Source: the human T2T-CHM13v2.0 reference genome, Homo sapiens
Reading direction: 5' to 3' (one strand)
Length of the DNA stretch: 64,000 nt
NCBI RefSeq assembly: GCF_009914755.1
Contig: NC_060943.1
Both the position numbers and the translations under genes were made by a program. The notes beneath the pieces are model-generated. The model had not been told where the DNA came from. It worked only from the letters and a program-made list of their open reading frames with translations, and made no database searches. Of this stretch, positions 1 to 64,000 are shown piece after piece (positions within the stretch are counted from its first letter, which is position 1; each line of letters opens with the position of its first letter).

Positions 1-310
<310 letters not shown>

Positions 311-461
311 CCATTATTAGTGAATTTTAACAGTTTTCCGTTTCTTCTGGACGAACTGTTTGCAATTATAATGCGCATTACGGATAATACTCTGATATTA
401 TTCCATGCCGTTCCGTTGTTGCCTACAAAGTTCGCGCTGGAGAACCGCGCAATTGCGTTAC

Positions 462-545
462 AAAAAGAAAAAAATCACACAAAAAGACACAATGTTTTAA
501 GAAAGTTTACGAATCGTGTGCCGGACCGCGGGTTGAACAAGCTTC
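462..545. mobile_element. MER30-like hAT-Charlie fragment
   Basis: aatgttttaagaaagtttacgaat...gcgggttgaacaagctt resembles the MER30 terminus. Confidence 0.65.
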
Positions 546-921
546 ATCTAAAACTTCCAGGAATCTCTAGACAGGATCATTGCTTCCCCTCTGCTCCAGC
601 TCTGGTTACAGAAAGCTGAGAGTGACTAGGTCTAGGTGTTTGTGTGGGGTGGGGTGGGGAGATGCCTCCTCTATCGGACTCAGAGGACGCGCGCCGGGAA
701 CAGCCAGTCGGTGCCTAACGCGAGTGTATCTCGAGAGAGAAGCGATCAACAGCTGCCGGTCTGCGCCTGCGCGCGGCGGGGGCGTGGCCCGGGGCGAGTG
801 GGGCCAAGCAGGCAGCCGGGAGCGGCGGGCGCAGGTGTTACTGGTTGCGTCGGGTCACGTGGGCGCGCAGGCGCAGCGCGGTGCAGCCCGTTCGCTCACA
901 CAAAGCCCAGACGCGGAGAAA

Positions 922-44436
<43,515 letters not shown>

Positions 44437-44674
44437 GCAGTTGCCTTTTTTAAACATCGATACGAGACCTCTGAATTTGTATTTTTTCTTGTTAACCATT
44501 TTAATTTGTTGGCTGGATGTATAAAGATGTTTAAAAAATTCAGTTGCTTTTTGGGGTAATTTGAATTACTTTTTTAATGACTGGGGTTCCATTTGACTGT
44601 TTGCATTGAGATTGCAATGTGCGCAATTTTTTTTGTAGTTGTGGCATCTTGTTGACATCGAATATGACTTTGAT

Positions 44675-44720
44675 AATAAATACCGGTTCCTGAAAACGGC
44701 CTGCTTGTGTGTGCTGTGTG
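44675..44720 (+). terminator. HNRNPM polyadenylation signal and GU-rich downstream element
   Basis: AATAAA at 44675-44680, about 240 nt after the stop, followed by tgcttgtgtgtgctgtgtg. Confidence 0.85.
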
Positions 44721-44926
44721 GGCAACCACGCGAGGTGTGGGGAGCTGGGGTCACTCGAGCTTCCAGTCCAAGCAGCAGGGATCTCATCCCCTCTCTTGCT
44801 TGTCTGAGGCCCCAGGGGTGGGTGCCTGCCCACAGATGGGGGGAGACTCTTCCCTGGAAACTGCCTTCCTGTGGGCTGTAATCCCCCGGCTTACAATGGA
44901 GCGTTTGGCTGTTTAGAGCCTTCTGA

Positions 44927-45090
44927 GGCCAGGCGCGGTGGTTCATGGCTGTAGTCCCAGCTACTCAGGAGGCTGAGGCAGGAGAATCACTCGAACCCAG
45001 GAGGCGGAGGTTGCAGTGAGTGAGATCGCGCCACTGCACTCCAGCCTGGGCAACAGAGCAAGACTCCGTCTCAAAAAAAAAAAAAAAAAA
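44927..45090 (+). mobile_element. Monomeric (internally deleted) Alu between the two genes
   Basis: Alu 5' end joined directly to the right arm and poly(A). Confidence 0.85.
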
Positions 45091-45609
45091 GCCCCCCGAA
45101 AGCCATCCTGTCTCCCTGTTGTGAAGTTAACGCCCTGGGGCACAGGCCCTGCCTGAGTCAGGCTTGTTCTCTGGCTTTTTTTTTTTCCTGCTGAAACAGA
45201 CCAAACTGTGTGCCACCTTCCATGCGTGTTCAGTCCTGCCAGAGGCTCAGGCCAAATCTGATTGATACCTGGGCTCTGTCAGAATTGGGTATAGGCCCCA
45301 CCCCTTCCCCCAGTGAAGCGCTCTCAGGATCCACTCAGGCCAAGCAGGTGTGCATACCTGGCAAGGAGGCCTGGCTGCTGCTGTTCTGTTGGCTGTGGAG
45401 GGGCGCGTCCTGCCCGGCTGCCTGCCTGGTAGCACATGCTGTTCTGATCACCCGGAGCCCCCCTTGCTCACCAGCTTCTTGCCACCCTTTTCTCCCCACT
45501 GGCTTTTATCCCTGAGGGGTGAGACCATGGCAGGGTGACCCCAGACACACCCCCTTTTGTGTTTGGTCAGGGGGTTCCCGTGCCTTTGCTCCACTGTGTG
45601 CCAATCAGG

Positions 45610-45659
45610 AGGGAAAGAAAAGACAAGAAGCAGGGACTGCTTTAAACTGGGGCTTTATG
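45610..45659 (-). terminator. Probable PRAM1 poly(A) signal (variant CATAAA) with U-rich downstream element
   Basis: Minus strand CATAAA at 45659-45654, then cttcttgtcttttctttccc; no AATAAA nearby. Confidence 0.6.
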
Positions 45660-45770
45660 TGGCCAGGTACAAGCCCAGGCAGCTCTGTGACTTTCCCGCG
45701 CCGGGATCCAGGGCTCCTGGGTGAGCGGGCGCTGGGCTGGCTGGCTGTCCTGGCCCCACGCCTACCGGTC

Positions 45771-61266
<15,496 letters not shown>

Positions 61267-61339
61267 TCAATCAAGGTAATTAAAGGATTGGATGACAGCT
61301 GATGGATTCCCAGGTGCCTGGGCTGGTCACTACCCGTGC

Positions 61340-62100
61340 ACTCTCGCAGCTAGGAGGGTCCAGCCAGGGCGCGCGCACCAAGGCCCCACGGGGGCGCCGT
61401 GGGGGTGAAGCGCAGGTCCCGGAGCTGTAGTCATGGTGCGCCTCCCCGCCAACTACCCTTTGTGTATTTGGCGCCTCCGTAGGGGCTCCCGGCAGGGTTC
61501 CGCGCGGCGCGGCTGCAGACAGGGACAGATAGGGTTACCGGAATCCCGGAGAAGGGAGCCCGGACCAGGGGAGTGAGAGTTCGTTAGGGCGCGCCTTGGG
61601 GAATCTGCGGGGTCGGAAACGCGAACAACGGTGTGCAGGGGGAGGAGCCCGGGGAGCACGTGGGCGGCGGATCCCAGGGCCGCAGGGCGCCCTCCACCTC
61701 CCCGCTCCTGGCCCGCAATGAGGGTAACCGGACCGGCACCTGCAAGTGACAGCTGGGGCTGGACAAATGCCGGGCACGGGCCTCTGGCCGGCCTCAGAGC
61801 TGTTCAGCGCGAGCCCGCGGCTTCCAGCCAACCTGCCCGCTATCCCCACTGCTCTCCCGGCTTTCATTCCCCCGAGTCTGAGATTCCTGGGCGCCCCCTG
61901 CTGGGCGGAGCCGGGGCCCAAGAGGGCTGGGCTCCTGTGCATGGGGGTTGGGGGCCGGCTTGAGGGTAGGAGGTCGTTTCTGCAGTGGACAGGGTGAACG
62001 GTGGAGGACAGGTGGTGAGCCAGCTCCCCAGGCCTCGCGGCAGTCAGTTCACTCCAGAGGGTAGTGTGGTGGCCGTGGGCCCGCTGTACACACAGGAAGG
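61340..62100. promoter_or_regulatory. Orphan CpG island with a CTCF consensus site
   Basis: CpG-rich, non-repetitive; minus strand CCAGCAGGGGGCGC at 61891-61904 fits the CTCF core. Confidence 0.65.
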
Positions 62101-63186
62101 GCTGTCCCATCTCCGTGGGTGATGGGGTAGGGGAGAGGTCCCTGGACGGACGTGTTGGCTCTAGGTTTCTCTGGAAAGATACTGACAGACTGGGAAGAGG
62201 CGTGGCCTAGATCTGGGGGTGGCCGAATAAAGAAACTGATGGGGACAAAGACTCCTGGGGGCCCCCGGGACCCTGGAGAGGGGTTAGGGGCCTGGGGGAC
62301 AGAGAACACAGCGCTGTCCCTGGAGATGGGGGAGAGGCTTGGACTACAGCCAGATCTAGGGACCTGCAGAATGCGGGAACAGGGGCGTGTCCTCTGGACC
62401 TGCTGGCAGGGTTTTCTCTTCTCGTGGTAACCGTGCGCAGCTCCCAAGATGGTGCAGAATCAGTGCCGCTGACTGGGAACTGGGGCTGGCTAGAGGCCTC
62501 CTAGCCTCACCTTCTCTATATATCTGTAAAATGGGCCCCTTCACCCTGTCCCACCCTCCTCCCCAGGTCGAGAGAGTCCCAGGCAGCCATGGGCTCGGGA
62601 CGTGAAGTTCTCAGCAGACATTTCCCAAGCCCCTCCTCTCCCTGCAGCCTCTCTTTTCATCCTCGCGTCCACCCCAAAGGACTCACCAGTCATCATGACA
62701 CCCTTTTAAGGACGAGGGAATTGGGAGGCAGGGAAGTCGACTCTTTTCCAGGGTCCCACAGTGGTGGTTTCAAGGCTTCTGGCTGAGAAGGGGGAGCTTA
62801 GGGGGCCTCCTGATGGCCTGTCCTACCCCATCCTGACAACCACCTCAGCTGGGGCCTACAGGTTCTGGGAGAGTGGACACCCAGCCCAAGCCACGTCAGC
62901 TGAGGCTGCTGCCCCGTCACATCACAGCCCCATCAAGGACAGAGCAGTCTTCAGGCCCCTGGTGAGGCGGTGGGCAGTGGGGCAGACAGACGGGTCCCAA
63001 GGGCCTGAGGATCCCCTCCTGCCCCTTGCAGTGGCTGAAGGGCTTCTGGAGCCCAGAGCTGTCCATCTTTGAGGTGACATGGCACTGAGCAGGTGTGGGG
63101 CAGGTGGCCCTTGGCTTGTCTACCTGGATGGCTTTGACTCAGAGCCTGAGGTGGACACGTTGGTGGATGAAAAGTCCAAGGAAGAT

Positions 63187-63580
<394 letters not shown>

Positions 63581-63832
63581 TTACTGGTGTCTCGGCTGCA
63601 GATACCAGGATGAGGAGGTGAGGGGGAACCCCGAAGTGGATTCAGAGAATGGAGAAAGGAGGAGGAGGTAAGGATTGAGACAAGGTGGACTGCGTGAAGG
63701 AGGTCCCTGGGTTCTTGCTCACAGGATGTCTGTATATCCAGGAGGATGAGGGAGACAGTGAGTGTTGTTCTGGGAGGGGACCGAGAGGTTCAAGGTAGGG
63801 CCTTGTGGGCTACTGGGAGAACAGGATCTTCA

Positions 63833-64000
<168 letters not shown>

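Overview
Human (primate) genomic DNA, recognisable as the chr19p13 HNRNPM-PRAM1 locus. On the + strand, the complete HNRNPM gene runs from a CpG-island promoter through 16 coding exons (922-44436; 2193 nt, 730 aa: three RRMs plus Met/Arg/Gly repeats) to an AATAAA at 44675. On the - strand and convergent with it is the complete PRAM1 gene (10 coding exons, 58174-45771; 2013 nt, 670 aa; ADAP/FYB-family adaptor with Pro-rich repeats, two YDDV motifs and an hSH3 domain). I assembled both CDSs by hand and both close in frame at GT-AG junctions. The remainder is Alu-dense intron with L1/L2/MIR/hAT fragments and an orphan CpG island near 61.4-62.0 kb. There are no prokaryotic systems, CRISPR arrays or rRNA/tRNA genes, and I see no wholly new gene. 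The most notable items are: (1) an intact, in-frame 99-nt HNRNPM-like exon in intron 12, absent from the 730-aa protein, which a competing upstream acceptor would turn into a poison exon; (2) further splicing oddities in HNRNPM (8-nt microexon, 117-nt exitron, U12 intron, candidate poison exons, about 24 GCAUG motifs in exon 14); (3) a PRAM1 coding 36-bp repeat in which every unit is a perfect AGGTCA-n-TGACCT palindrome, plus a compact ETS/RUNX/GATA/RARE motif cluster in PRAM1 intron 1. Repeat boundaries and subfamily names are approximate and from memory of consensus sequences; no database was searched.
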